Shown here piece by piece: positions 13,170-26,556 of a DNA stretch of 64,000 nt. The notes below the pieces were generated by a model, which saw only the letters and a list, made by a program, of their open reading frames with translations, ran no database searches and was not told the origin of the DNA. The DNA is from Monocercomonoides exilis PA203 (lineage: Eukaryota; Protista; Preaxostyla). Each line of letters starts with the position of its first letter. The stretch's first letter is position 1. Made by a program: the position numbers and the translations under genes. The stretch is taken from assembly GCA_001643675.2 (NCBI GenBank), contig LSRY02000041.1, positions 248,001 to 312,000 on the forward strand. The letters run 5' to 3'.

Positions 13170-14560
13170 TCAAACATTCACAAGATAATAATAAATATCA
13201 AATGATAATTTATGATAACGTATTCCTTTTAGAAAATCAAAAATTTCATGAAAGCTGATGATGGTATCTTCGTATCCTTCTTCTTCCAACTTATCAAACA
13301 CTCTCCTTCTAATTATCTTTCTTTTCGCTTCGTCCATAGCTTCGTCCATCTCTCTTTTCAATCTTTTTGAGAGATTCATAAAAAATTCCAAAAATTGATT
13401 TATCATTTCGTCTTCTAATGTCGGCTGCTGAATGCCCTCCAAAACAGCATCAGCTGCTCCGCTTTTCATCAAGTCTTTTATCTCAACACCTGTTCTGATC
13501 GATGTCTCTTTAAGCAAAAAAATGCATTGATAGCTGATTTCTTTGTAATTACCCTTTGCTGATCGAAATACCTGAACAATGCTGTTGATGAGCCCAACAA
13601 ATTCTTCATTCCACAAGCTGCAACGGAGAAAACAAGACTCACAAGTTTGGAGCCATCTCACCAATGCAAATTCTTCTTTCGCTTCTTCTTTGTTCATTTC
13701 CTCTTCTTTCTTCTTCCAATCCACGTTTCTTGTTAGCTCTTCCAGTTCTCTTGCTGCTTCTCTTCCAAAATGCAATTCATTCACAAAATCTTCTTCCAAA
13801 CTATTTTCAAAGAACAATCTGTAGATCAAAAACTCCCAAGCAGACTGATAAGCAAGCCTTGTCAGGTTGTGATGCTCTTGACGATATTTGAAGATTTCTT
13901 TTATTTCATTCAAATACTGTTTTTGTTCGACAAACTAATAAAAATATATGTGGAAAAAAATCATATGCGCTAAAAAGCAAAGAAAAATGTTCAAACATAA
14001 AGTACGTCAAGGTTGCTAAGTGATAATAAAGCCATTTCCACTTCCTTTTGTGCTTCTTCATTTCCTTCTTTCTTTAAATTAGCTTTTAAAATGCACGAAA
14101 CGCAAATACATAATAATTTAGGTATGTAATCATCGCTCAAAGAAATATAACATTCGCAAAGATCAGCCAGAAGCTTTTCATTCTTTTCCTCTTTTTTCTT
14201 TTCTTCTTCAACAATCATCTCTTCAAATCTTTTGCACAATGAAGTTCCTTCAAAGCCTTCAATCCAAATCCTTTTAATATTAGAATAATAGCTAATGTGC
14301 TTCAGCAGCAAAATTGTATTTTCCATCGAAAGAATCTTTTCTTCAATCATTGTGTGAATTTCGTTGAACAACTCTGTTGTGAAAACGGATTTGAATTCTT
14401 CTTTACCCATTTCTTCCAAAACATTGCTCAATTCTTCGATTTTTTGTTTCTGTTTAGCGTAGGTGCATTTTTCCAATTGCAGTAGTTTTTCTAAAAAATT
14501 GGAAATAAAACAATTAATCATCCGAACAATCGTTTCTCAAAATATAGATATACCATGAAA
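13170..14560 (-). CDS. 3-exon E/K-rich expanded-family gene, copy 2 (5' end uncertain)
   Basis: ORFs 13991-14521 and 13170-13913 are joined in frame by GT-AG intron 13935-13996. Same motifs as copies 1 and 3. First exon not confidently placed. Confidence 0.75.
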
Positions 14561-14852
14561 TATTTATTTGTTCGAAAGAAACTGAAAAATTGCAAAATGA
14601 ATCCAAAACAATTGATAAATTCATTTTTGTATAATCGTGGTGCAATAGAATCAAAAGAATTAAAAATACCAAATCAAAAATTTTTTAAATAACACTGGAG
14701 TCTAAACCTCTTTTGCCATTTAGTGTTTTTGTCTCAAAACAAACAAATCAGAGAAAAAAAAATCTGCTGATGGTAAAAATAAATAAGGGTTAACAACCTG
14801 TAATTTTTAAAGTGAAAATTTTTGATTGATGCTTTTCTGCATATGTGCATGT

Positions 14853-16331
14853 GGCGTATGCACACTTAACAGCAATTTCTAATTCTTGCATATTTCGTTT
14901 GTTTATTGCTTTTAAACATCATTTGTGATGTTTTGAGTAATAAAAAACATGCGGAAGTTCGTAAAAAATAAAATTTTAATTTTACAAAAATTATGAAAAT
15001 GGGTCAAAAATTTTTTCAAAAAATGAAAAATCATCAGTGATAAAAAAATCAAAATAAAATAAAAAAGTTTATCTGTATGAGTTTTCTGAATACTCAGAGG
15101 CAGATAAACCATCGCCTGGGTCAATATTGTAGGTTTCACTTGTTTCGCTGTCATTTGAAATAAGTAAATCATCTAAATCTGGTATTTCTTCTTCATTTTC
15201 TTCATCTTCTTCATCTTCTTCAGCTTCTTCTGTTTGTTTTTCTTTGAAGAAAACAATTTTTGATACAAATTCTTCAAATCTCACTATCTTTCTCTTATTA
15301 ATCATCCAAAAAGCAAGTCGATCAGCAACATATTTTTCTCTAATTCCTTGGGGAGGAAAAAATCTTCTCATATGGCTCCATAATCCTTCGATTGTATTTG
15401 TGCATGCGTGAGTTTCTTCATCATAAAATTTTCTCTTATGGCACACTGTTAGATGATTGTATCCTTAACGAGAAAGAGATGAATATGCCTTCCACTCATC
15501 TGACATTATTGTTGAATGCGGAAGAATGTGCTTTTGAATGATAGGAATCAACGTCGAAGCAGAACGGTCTGGCACAATCGTGACATAAAAATTCCTTGTT
15601 TCATCCATTTTATCTTTCTTTCGCTCCACTGCACCAAAGACCCACATTTGTTTCTTTCTTCTTCCTCTATGATATTTTCTTCTCCTCAAAACACATTCAT
15701 CTATCTCAACAATAATGTTTTCGCCTCCAAGAATAGTTTCATTCTGATTTATGATGTCCATCGCGCAACACCTCATAACAGATGACCAATATTCCACAGA
15801 GTTCCTATGAATTCCCAACATTTCCGAGCAAATTTTTACACTAGCACCATTCCAAATAAAAAGGATTATTAACAAAATCACATTTATTGGTATCCTGCTT
15901 CGATAAAATGACGTATTCTTGTATGCTGATTGCCTATTGCTACATTTTCTGCAAACCCACATCATCCTGCCATAGTAACGCCGTAAATCCATTTCAATTC
16001 TGTGCATTTTGCGTTTTGGCTTGTTTTTGATAATTTTCTTAAATATCCATTTTTCAGATTTCTCCGAATTGAAAAACAATCTGAATAATTTATTTGTAGG
16101 TTTTCCTGGTAGAGCAAGTGTATCGTCTGAATCAGACACTTCTTCCATGAAATTTTTGATTTTTCAATGATCAAAAATCCCATAAATATGTGAAAACGAT
16201 AGATTAAAAAAATCATTAAATCAAGGTTTCCGCACATATTTAGTTCATGAAATAGACACAAAATTCTTTGCAATATTTTTCTGAACTGGTTTTTCATTAA
16301 TTTGAAAATTGCCGTTAAGTATGCATTTGCC
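14853..16331 (-). mobile_element. Merlin (IS1595/ISXO2-like) DNA transposon, full length
   Basis: TIRs GGCGTATGCACACTTAACAGCAATTT and GGCAAATGCATACTTAACGGCAATTT (22/26). Perfect 8-bp TSD GTGCATGT at 14845-14852 and 16332-16339. Encodes an ISXO2-type transposase. Confidence 0.93.
15069..16148 (-). pseudogene. ISXO2/Merlin DDE transposase with one in-frame TAA
   Basis: Motifs IVEIDE, RKYHRGR, WVFGAVER, VPDRSASTLIPII, IMSDEWKAY and TNTIEGLWS. The two ORFs share a frame and are split only by TAA at 15465-15467 (SSLSR*GYNHLTVCH). Confidence 0.9.
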
Positions 16332-18241
16332 GTGCATGTTTGAGCTCTTGAGAACACGACCACAGATGCACCCATGTGAGTTATATTACTGCAGATGGGA
16401 ATGGATTTTGTCTACAGATGGAGGAGCGAGTGGCTGTTTGTATCGATTGCTTGCAAAAAGTGAATTGGTGGAGAAAACCAGCATGAAATTTGAACTTGGT
16501 TAAAAATTGCAAAATATATGATGCAATATTTGCTGCAATTTTTTGAATGAAAAATAACTCAAGCAAGATGCAGAAAAAGCGAGGAGAATGTTTCTGAAGG
16601 ATTGAATTGAATCGCTTGATCATTTCGAGAGAAATGTGTTTCACTTGGCATATTTTTTGCTTCACGATTTGTTTTGTGTGATTTTTTTTATAGAATGCTT
16701 GTTTCATGGAAAAGGAAAGGGAATTGAAGGGTTGGACAATGGAGGAAGCGAGTTGAACGAAGCACTCAGCAGGCCTTAACAACAAGCGCATTGCCATTTA
16801 CACGAATCCTACTGGTATGCTGTCAGCAAAGATATGGCGTTGAATTGTACTTTGTAAAGGAGTTAATTTGGAGGATATCTGTTTTCATCTGATATAATGA
16901 TTGGTTTCACAATGGATTTTCTGCTTTCGATGACGTTCTGTATCAGCCATTTTTTGTCCAGTTGTCTATTTTAATATGTGGCAAGAGGTGATTTGGGAGA
17001 ACAAGAAAACCTGCTGGATTGATGATTACCAATCCATTGGAGATGGGAAAATATTTCAAGGCCAAAAAGATGGTTTGATTTTTTTTTCCATTCCTTTTTC
17101 TTTAATGGTGTTCTTTGAATGAATACAGATTGACAATGAACAGGAATGCCATAGAAAGAGAAGCCTTTTTATCCTTTTTCAAAAGATTCAGAAGTTTTGA
17201 GATGATTCTTATTTGCATCGCATTCAACGATTACATTCGTGTCTTCTGCCATATGTCTTGTATGATGTATAACCAGACAATGCTTAAGATGAGCTTGAAA
17301 GAGAGAAAAAGAAGTTTGTTTGGCTCATTTATTGAGGGTATTTTGTAGAAGCGACTCTTTTGTCGGAGCAGATGGTCTTTCTGAGGATTTGTATTCAAAA
17401 GATATCTGACTTTTCGAATAATTCATCATTCATCTTTGTCGATTGACTCTTTGTAGCCATCGCCTTCATTGCTAATGTCGTTATCATCAAAATTGTAATT
17501 TTTTATTCTCTAACTCTTCCTTTCCTCCTCCTCGTCTTTTTTTTCTCCAAATTCTTTTTCGAAGTTTTCTTTTTCTTTGATTTCTTCCTTTTCAGTTCAA
17601 TCATCATCAAAATTGAAGTCAAAGACAGCGCAAAAATTAATATTGTGATTTCTTCTCCATTTTGATGAAGTAGCCATATTCTTTCAAAATGCTTTCAAAG
17701 AACTTTGTTCTTTAATGAAAACAAAAATTTTGAAGAATGATGAATAAAAAAAATGTCAAATGATGATTATTTATAGATTACACCAACAAATTTTATCCAT
17801 GTTATTGATTCATTACATCTCATCTTCCATTTTATTTTGGTGAACATAAAGAAAACAAAATATTTGAATGGATTCCGAAGTTATACGTGAACAGATATTC
17901 TTTTTGGAGAGAAAGCAGATGAAAAGATGTGAATTATCAAAGGAGAGGAGGATCTGTTGAAGATATTGTCAGAGAGAATGAATACAGAATGAAGAAGGAA
18001 TCGTTATGTCCACAGGAAATAGAATCTTCACAGTTTGGAAGAACTTTACTGAAAAGAAATGAAAATTAAACGAGACATTCGTTTTTCACACAATTGCTTT
18101 GTTGCATTTCGAAGTTTTATTAAAGAAAATGAAAATTTAAAAATAAAACATAAAATAACTGTTAATTTTTCCATTTTGTGAAGTGATGGAAAAAAGAGAA
18201 AGATAATTTTTGAGTTACAAAGCCAAATGAAATGAATTAAG

Positions 18242-19637
18242 TTAAACACTTATAAAATAATCTGTAATATCCAATGAAAATCCAGAATCATATTTTCTGT
18301 TCAGGAAATTCAACGTTTCATGAAAGCTGATGATGATATCTTCGTATCCTTCTTCTTCCACCTTTTCGAAAATTGCTATTTTGTTTTTCATTCTTTCCTC
18401 TTCTTTTGAATCATCATCCATCTTTTTGTTCAATCTTCCGAAAATAGACATATAGATATCAAAAGAAAAAAACATGATTTCATCGTTCAGCGTTGACTGT
18501 AAAAAATCCTCCAAAACAAGAGAAATATATCCACTTTTCACCATGTCTTCAATACATATAGTTTCATTTTGAGTCAAGTAATGCAATTGATAATGAAAGT
18601 ATCCTGGCATTTCTTCATTCTCTCTTGTTACTCTGCACAGTCCGACAATACAACAGATCAGCTCCATAAATTCATCTTTCCACGATCGGAATTCGCCAAA
18701 CAACACATCGACTGTGGAAATCCATCTCTCTATTATCCGAACTTCTTTCACCCTTTTCGTTACTTCCTCTTTTTTCTTCCAATCCACACATCTTGAAAGT
18801 GCTTCCAGTTCTCTTGTTGCCGCTCTCGGAAAACGTAGCTCATCCACAATGGCATCTTCCAAACTGCTGTTTGTGACAAATCTGTGTATTAAAAACATCC
18901 AAGCAGACTGATAGGCAAGATGGGTCAGGTTGTGATGTTCTTGATGATATTTGATTATCTCTTTGATCTCATTCAGAAACAGTTCTAGTTCGATAAACTA
19001 ATTAGAAATAAAGGGAAAAAAAATCAATAATATTAAAAGTGAAATTGAAATACTCATACACAACATCCTATGTTGCTCAATGTCAGCAATGCCACTTCCA
19101 CTTCTTTTTGTGCTTCTTCATCTCCCTCTTTGTTCAGCGCGACCTTCAAAATGCAAGGCAAACAAATTGAAAGAAATTCCGAAGAAGCCCACATGCTCAA
19201 TAAAAGATAGCATTCGCAAAGATCATCTAAAAGTATTTCGTTCTTTTCATTTCTTTTCTTTTCTTCTTCAAGAATCATTCTCTCAAATCTTTCGTTTAAC
19301 AAAGACTTTTTAAAGCATTGAAAATATATATTTATCAGCACTTTCCAATATCCAATATGCTTCAATAATAGAATAGCGTTTTCTACAGTCATTTTCTTTT
19401 CTTCAATCATTTTGTTCATTTTGTTGAACAATTCCATTGTGAAAATAGATTTTAATTCTTCTTTGTCCATCTCTTTCATCACTTCATTCATTTCAACAAT
19501 TTTCTGTTTCTGTTCATCTTCATTGCAATGTTCAAGCTCTGAAAATAATTCTGAAAAAAGAACCACAATCACCAGGAATTCAAATGAAACAATGAATGCA
19601 CACCAGCGAACTTTTTTGCGTTATTTGTCTCCTGCAT
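18242..19637 (-). CDS. 3-exon E/K-rich expanded-family gene, copy 3 (apparently intact)
   Basis: ATG at 19637 (MQETNNAKKFA). GT-AG introns 19551-19603 and 18998-19059 give a continuous frame to TAA at 18242. Family motifs conserved. Confidence 0.85.
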
Positions 19638-20149
19638 TTTTATAAGAACATTTTACCACAAAACAATTAAATTTTTATCATTCACATAAAATTAGCAAAT
19701 GTTTGGATTGATGACATCAACGAATAACAAAATCTCAAAAATACCATAAAAATCAATGAATTCACACCATATTTTTATGCACAAATATATTTGGCAATGT
19801 TTTATGAAGAAAAAAATAAATTTAATCTTCTTCTTTTTGATGTTATGGATATGTTGATCGATTAGTTTTGTTTGAACCGAAATTATTCATGCACCAATTG
19901 AGAATTCCAGAGTGAACATTATCTGTAGAGCTAGAAATATTATTTCCTGTGATGACAACGGACAATGGTGGTTATGCAATATTTTTGGAATTCTGACATT
20001 TGATTTTTGTTAATTGGATGACCAAGGGGAATGCAACAATTTCATCAATAACACAAAAAGACATTATGTATGTAATTTTTATTGTTCTATTGATTGTGAA
20101 GATGTTTCCATCTGTATCCTCTCCAAAGTGCAGGAATATGAGTTATTGT

Positions 20150-20970
20150 TAAAATGGCTAATCTCCCTTTGCAGAGCAATACGATGAAGATGGAGCAGAT
20201 TGTTATTCAGCCATTGGTAAATAAATGAAGTTACGGAAGATATACGATTTTCATGATTTTTATTTGGAACAAGATGTGAAAACAAATTCAACTGATGTTT
20301 CATTGAATGAAGATTTATGGATGGAATTCTGTGAAGGACAAAATCTGCACAAAATTATATAGCATTTTGGAATGTTAGGCAGATGGAATAGTTTAGGGTA
20401 TTTTTTGGCAAGGAAAGCAGCAGGCAATATCAAGGGAAAGATATTTATCACAAAAAAAAGGCAAGAATTCAATGGAAAAAAGGAGACTGCCATAATGCCA
20501 ATCGTTTTGATAAGGTTTTCCTGTTTCTCGGACTGTGCCAGGCAGACATGGAAGCGAAGAATTTCTATTTCTGATTCCGCTTATGCTCCAAAACATATGA
20601 GGAATACCAACGACGAGACATTCAATTGTCGAGTGCTTTTTTTTGCCATCAAGCAACATTCTTCCAAATTACATCTGGTTTTCATTCTTCGAAGGGGCAG
20701 CAATTTTGAGCAAGCAAAACGATTATCATGCCACGTTTGTTTTCTTCGACGCCATTGACAACTACAGAAAAATACAGAATATTTGTGTCAACCTCTTCAA
20801 GCTCAGCCATCCAGAGATTTTATTGTTATTCTCCATTTGCGTTGCATCGATGCGGAGTTGATTTGTGGGGACTTTGCTGCTTCGCATTGGGTGCGCTGAG
20901 GTGTTTGCAGAAGTTAGACAAGACGGCCATGTTTTCTCAGACGAACATCGAGAATGAACAATTTCTCTGA
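20150..20970 (+). pseudogene. Probable P-element/THAP9-like transposase fossil
   Basis: Degenerate motifs in the expected order: GRWNSLGYF (cf. WKQPxxYF), DSAYAPKHMRN (cf. DxxHxxKxxRN), TAMFSQTNIENE (cf. SQDxLENxF). Several stops and frameshifts. Confidence 0.5.
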
Positions 20971-23195
20971 AGACTGTTTAATGTGCTTATTTCTGGTTGT
21001 TATGCGGTTGGCCTGTGTTTATCTTGCGTTGTGGGTTCTGTTTGAAATGGTTTTTAAAATGGAAAATTTCATCAGATGTTGCTTTCAATCGAACATATTT
21101 TCTGGCGCTGATTGAGTTCACTCTGCTGCTTGTGTACCAACAAGAATGAAGCGTCATTGCGTTCTTTCATCTTCTTGGCGAGTTGCATCAATGATTGAAA
21201 CAGTGGCATTTTTTTAATGTGAGAGTGCATTCACAGCGCGCGGTAGCTAATACAATGAGACGGGGGGTTCAATAATTTGTTGGTGGGAGACAGCAGCGGA
21301 GGTGCAAGAAAAGCCAAAGAATGCTTCAATCAGATGGAGGACAAGGGAGATATATGTTGCAACAGCAGAACTATGAAGGAAGGAGACGAATGAGAACAAA
21401 AGAACGAGGAGAGGAAGAGGAAGAGGAAGAGAAAGGGGAAGAGGATGATATTTCGGAGAAATACAGAGAAATAAAGGAATGTTGTCTCTGATGAGGATGA
21501 TGTGCGGATGAAGGAAAAGGAAGAATTCGATAAAGAACGTGGCAATAATGTAAATAATGTGAAAAGAAAACAGAAAAGATGTGAAGACGTGCATTCAAAT
21601 CAAACTTCTTCTGCGATTAAAAATCATCTATCTCCATCAGCTTCAACGATGGGCCGCCTTATTCCTCATTCATTGCCAAGCCTTTTATGTTGTTCCTTAT
21701 CTTTTCCCACACCCTCTGCGCTTCCATCTGAAGTTATACCCAAAGACCCATCTATTGTTTCTTCTGCTTTCCTGTTCTCCTGCTGAATGCCATCAGATGG
21801 AGAAGAACTGCACACTTCAGATTCCACTGAATGCTGCTTGTCTGTATCTGTCTTCACCTCTGCCTTCACAAACCTCAGCCCCGCCACCGACAGCCCCTTC
21901 TCCTCAATCTCCCCCACTTCACACTCTGCAACCCATCTCCCCACACTTCATCTTTCAACTTCTCCATCAAATATTTCAACTGAGACGATCGCCGTATTTG
22001 CATTGAAGGGCCAAACTGATCGTAGATCGATGGGAACACATTCACATCCGCTGCAGAAAAGAGCCGATTATTCTCCTCCTTCATGCCCACCGATGTTGCA
22101 AGCTACGGAAGAGGCGCCACCAGCGGAACTGAAAGCATCACCGAAAGCGCTTAATCGAAGGCACACAACACACCTATCCAGCACCGCCAGACGTGCTACA
22201 AAACAACCCTTCAGCGTCTGCAGCACATACACCTGAGCTGCCTCATGTACCACAACCCGCAGCAGCCTCTCGATGTCGTACTCGCTACTGTTGATGTGTT
22301 TGGCACTACCACCTCCGAGGCATCCAAAGGATCAATTACGGACGCGTTGAATGATGAAAGTGATAACTACTCAACCACTGCCGCCTTCTTCTCTTCGCTT
22401 CTCAACCTCAGGAATGGCGAAGCAGACAAAGATTACTAAAGACGCTGAGCGAAGATACAACTGCTGAGCTGCCACTGCCACAAGAAGCTTTTTCAGATGC
22501 CTTACCATGTCTGCTGGCAGCATTATCGGAGACACAAACATCATGTCTTCATTCAAAGATAAAATGTGGATCATCTGTGAAAGCTCGCTGTTATCGTGCA
22601 GCAAGAAAGGACGAAGCAGAATGTATTCAGAAGTTGCACAGAAATAAGAAGAAAAAGAAAAGCGAACGATATTTCATGAAAAGAAAGCTTCAATGAATAT
22701 GAATCATGATTTTATCCAAAGATGAGCAATTTTATTGTCAGTTTTATCGATTTCATTATGTGCTTTTCAAAATACACATTTTTCATTCAGTTGAAATATC
22801 AATCGTTTGTTTCATGCTCTGGACATCTCTTGCGATATTGATAAAGACTTGTCACAAAACTCTATAATAAATAATTGAAATTTTGCATATCAAAAGGACA
22901 CTTTTGAACTGGCATTTTTGATTGGAATCAATGAAAATGCCAAAAAAAAAAAATAAGAATACAATTCTCAAATTGAGCTTTCTTTCGTAAGATTATTTTG
23001 CGATTTTCGGAGTTACAGTGTTCAAAAAAGAAAAAAATGCAATCTCAAAACAAGCAAAGTTGAACTGAAAAAGAAAATAAAAATTGATAACTGAAAACTG
23101 AAAACAAAATTTGCTTTGAATGAAAAGAAAAACTCTTTGTATCTATGAAATAACAAAATGAAAGAAAAAACTCTTAATATCTGAACAAGGAAATT

Positions 23196-25238
23196 TTACA
23201 GAATCAAATAAACTGCAACAATAACTAACACAAGTGAACACTTGAAAAACGAAGTGTTCACTCGCTTGAAGAGCTTGACTGCAAAAGTTTCTGTTTTGTC
23301 GGCAAAGCTTTCCCACCAATTGGGATCCGAGCCTTTAAGCCTTGCATAATAATCCCTTCGTATTTTCAATGCTTTTTCGGTTTCAAGCCTATCCATCCAA
23401 AATTGTGATACTGTTTTTCTCATGTTCACCGCTTTTCCCACTGGCTTCCAAGCTTTTTTTTCGTAGTGCTCGTCAAATCCAACAATAGCCTCGCCCTTTA
23501 AAAGCTTGCGCAATCCAAGTTTCATTCTCAGCCACTCAAATTTCTGAATCGCAAAATAATACCTACTATCAATCTCTTCGTTCCTCCATTCCACTTCCAA
23601 ATCTTTACGCATTCCTTTTGAGTCATCAGGAATACATAACATTTCAAAAACCACAAAAGGAATGATCAAAGAAGCAATGCAAAAGCCAAAATGCAGCTTT
23701 ATTGAACCATCGAGCTTCAGTGGAACAATAATCAGAAACGGAAGCACAACCACGCTCACGATTTTCATTCCAAGAAAAATAAGTTCTTTGGAAAGAGAAT
23801 CCAGTTTTCCATAAAAACTTCTTTCATTTAATATCATTGCAAAGAAACGTGCAAAAAGGATCAATGCGCTCCAAATTGTTAGAGAAAATACAGTTCTCCA
23901 CTTGAGCGATGTCAGGCTCACTAAAACTCGATAAATGTGTGCTGTTTAACATCATGCAATGCATTTTGTGAGAAAAAAAAAGAAAAAAAAGAAAAAAAAA
24001 GAAAAGATTAATTATCTGTAATTTGAAATTCATCAGTCAGATCAAACCGTCTGCTTTTAGCGAAGCAATCACGAAAAAGAACAGCAAAAGAACAGCTGAA
24101 ATGGAATCCAACAGCAAATCCATGTATTTGTATAATAAAGCTGTCTGCTCGAATTCGTATTCAAACAGCAAGATATACATCAAAGCAGTGAATACAAAAT
24201 ATGGCCATATGAACAGAAATATTGGAATGTGCTTCCAAAAATAGTCGAAATAAAGAGCAGTTGCCAGAATCACTCCATTGACAATACTCCACAATTTGTT
24301 TGAATATTCGCACTTTTTCACACACGAAATGAAATAATCAACAAAACAATACGATCCAATCAGAAGTGTTGAAAATGTCAAAGTGTCTGCGAATGACTTT
24401 TTTGCAGCTTCCCCGTTCGCTCTCGCTCGAAAAGCAATTTCACTGTTTCTCAGGAAACTGAGTAATCCAAGTACTATCAAAATTTCTGATATTAATCGCA
24501 AAACAGAACAAATTGATGCTTTGAGTATCGTTCGTTTCAGCCTTTTCCTATTTTCCCCAGAGATCCGTGGAAAATCTCGTATGTGTGCCAGCTCTTTGTA
24601 TATTCTAAATGAAACAGAGAATATTCGCACAAAACACATAAATTAAAGACAAACAACCAGTCAAAGAATAAAAAATGCTCAAATGCTTCAGAACACAAAC
24701 TGCAATGTCTCCTTCCATCCCTTTGCGCTCACTCCGTATTTGTAGCTCTCTTTCCAGTCTTCTTCAGAACGAGGGTTAAAAAAATAAATATATTGAAATG
24801 CACAATCTGGCAGAAGGCAAATCTTGTGCATGAAGGGAATTATTGCTCTGCACTTTATTCTTGCACATCTTGACGATTAGTGGGAAGAAACAATACAAAA
24901 CGTCAAATGTTGATTCTTTCTTTGAAAAAATGAAAAAACAATAAAGACGAACTCTTCCGTTTTTGAGAGGAGATTGAATCGATGATTCACCTGAGACAAC
25001 GAAAGAATCGTTGAAAAGTCGCATTTCCCAAAGATCCTATTTGCAACATTCCACGCAAAAAGCAAAAGGTTTGTTTCATCAAAAGATATTGAAAATTTAA
25101 ACTCAAACATCCTCAAAATATCATCGGGAAGGCTGCCTGAATAAAACGATTTCAAAGTATAAAATATTGCAAATGAAACACATTCGCACCTAAACATGCA
25201 TCTACAGCCTCCTTGGAATAGCTTTCTCTCATTTCCAT
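23196..25238 (-). CDS. Multi-exon polytopic membrane protein, unknown function
   Basis: Successive hydrophobic ORFs at 24877-25197, 24037-24639 and 23196-23921. An intron at ~23921-24048 joins KAD|VSLTSLKW in frame. Upstream exon boundaries are approximate. Confidence 0.6.
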
Positions 25239-25412
25239 GAAAAACTGAAATAATAATTTATGGTTAAAAATTTTCTAAAAAAAACTTATTAAATAATCAA
25301 ATTATTAACATTTTTTTTATAAAAATAAACTTAGAAACAAATCGTTTTAAAAACTCAAAAATCAAGAATCAAATGTGTTTCTTTCCATTTTTCATCAAAA
25401 ATCATACAAATA

Positions 25413-26421
25413 GGGTCAACTTTTTAATGGGACTTTTTTCTTTATTGGCACTTTTTTTGTTTTTGCATGCCAATCATTCAAAAAAGCTTGATGAACCACA
25501 ACACTCGGATGAGTGTGTTTATAAAACAAATACATTAAATTACCGGTTTTTTTTTAAATATTGTTTAATTTTCGTAGAGATATAGCAATTTTTTATTTAT
25601 TTTGAAGTGACTTTTTTCAGCCGAAGAAGCATTCCACAAAATTTTGAAATCCATTTTTAAAAACAACTAGCATTATCCTTTTTATATTCAAAATCTTAAG
25701 TTTAACAATTTGTTTTTTCTTCATTTTTTCACATTTCAATTTTTTATCAACATGAGAATACAAATTTGAAAATTTCTTTGTTATTAAAATGAAGTGTAAA
25801 AAATAAAAATATAATATGAAAAATACACACTCTTATGAAGAAGTGTGAAAAAGGTTGAACATTAATATTTTCTATTTGCTTCAAACAGGTGAATGGTCAC
25901 AACATTGAATGATCTGAGATCAAACTTATTCAATTTTGATGTGTTTGAGACAAACGGAAAATGTTAATGTTCAACCTTTTTCACACTTCTTCATAAGAGT
26001 GTGTATTTTTCATATTATATTTTTATTTTTAACACTTCATTTTAATAACAAAGAAATTTTTGAAATTGTGTTCGCATGTTGATTAAAAAAAATGAAATGC
26101 GAAAAAATCAAAAGAAAAAAAACAAGTTGTTCAACTTAAGATTTTGAATATAAAAAGGAAAATGCCAGTAGTTTAAAAAATGGATTTCTTATTTTTGTGA
26201 AATGCTTCTTCGGCTGGAAAAAGTCACTTCAAAATAAATAAAAAATTGCTATATCTCTACGAAAATTAAACAATATTTAAAAAAAAACCGGTAATTTAAT
26301 GTATTTGTTTTATAAACACACTCATCCGAGTGTTGTGGTTCATCAAGCTTTTTTGAATGATTGGCATGCAAAAACAAAAAAAGTGCCAATAAAGAAAAAA
26401 GTCCCATTAAAAAGTTGACCC
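25413..26421. mobile_element. ~1-kb fold-back palindromic element A
   Basis: Starts GGGTCAACTTTTTAATGGGAC and ends GTCCCATTAAAAAGTTGACCC. Inverted arms of ~480 bp flank a ~50-bp spacer (~25890-25940). TA on both sides. Confidence 0.9.
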
Positions 26422-26480
26422 TAATAACTATTTCATCAACAAATCTCTCGTTTTAAGAAAGACTTTCATATGTTTCATTT

Positions 26481-26556
26481 CTTTTTTCATTCATTATAGC
26501 TTGTGAATAAATTTCTTCTTTTTTTCATTCATTATAGCTTGTGAATAAATTTCTTT
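26481..26556. repeat. 38-bp tandem duplication
   Basis: TTTTTCATTCATTATAGCTTGTGAATAAATTTC occurs twice with period 38. Confidence 0.85.

Noticed and set aside
15465-15467. In-frame TAA in the Merlin transposase as evidence of TAR-to-Gln recoding, known in some oxymonads
   Set aside because: Host genes here terminate at TAA/TAG and their long ORFs contain no in-frame TAR. A simple nonsense mutation is more parsimonious.
25411-26423. Fold-back elements as hAT MITEs (TAGGG/CAGGG-like ends)
   Set aside because: No 8-bp TSD flanks A, B or C, and the rejoined frame at B fits a TA duplication.
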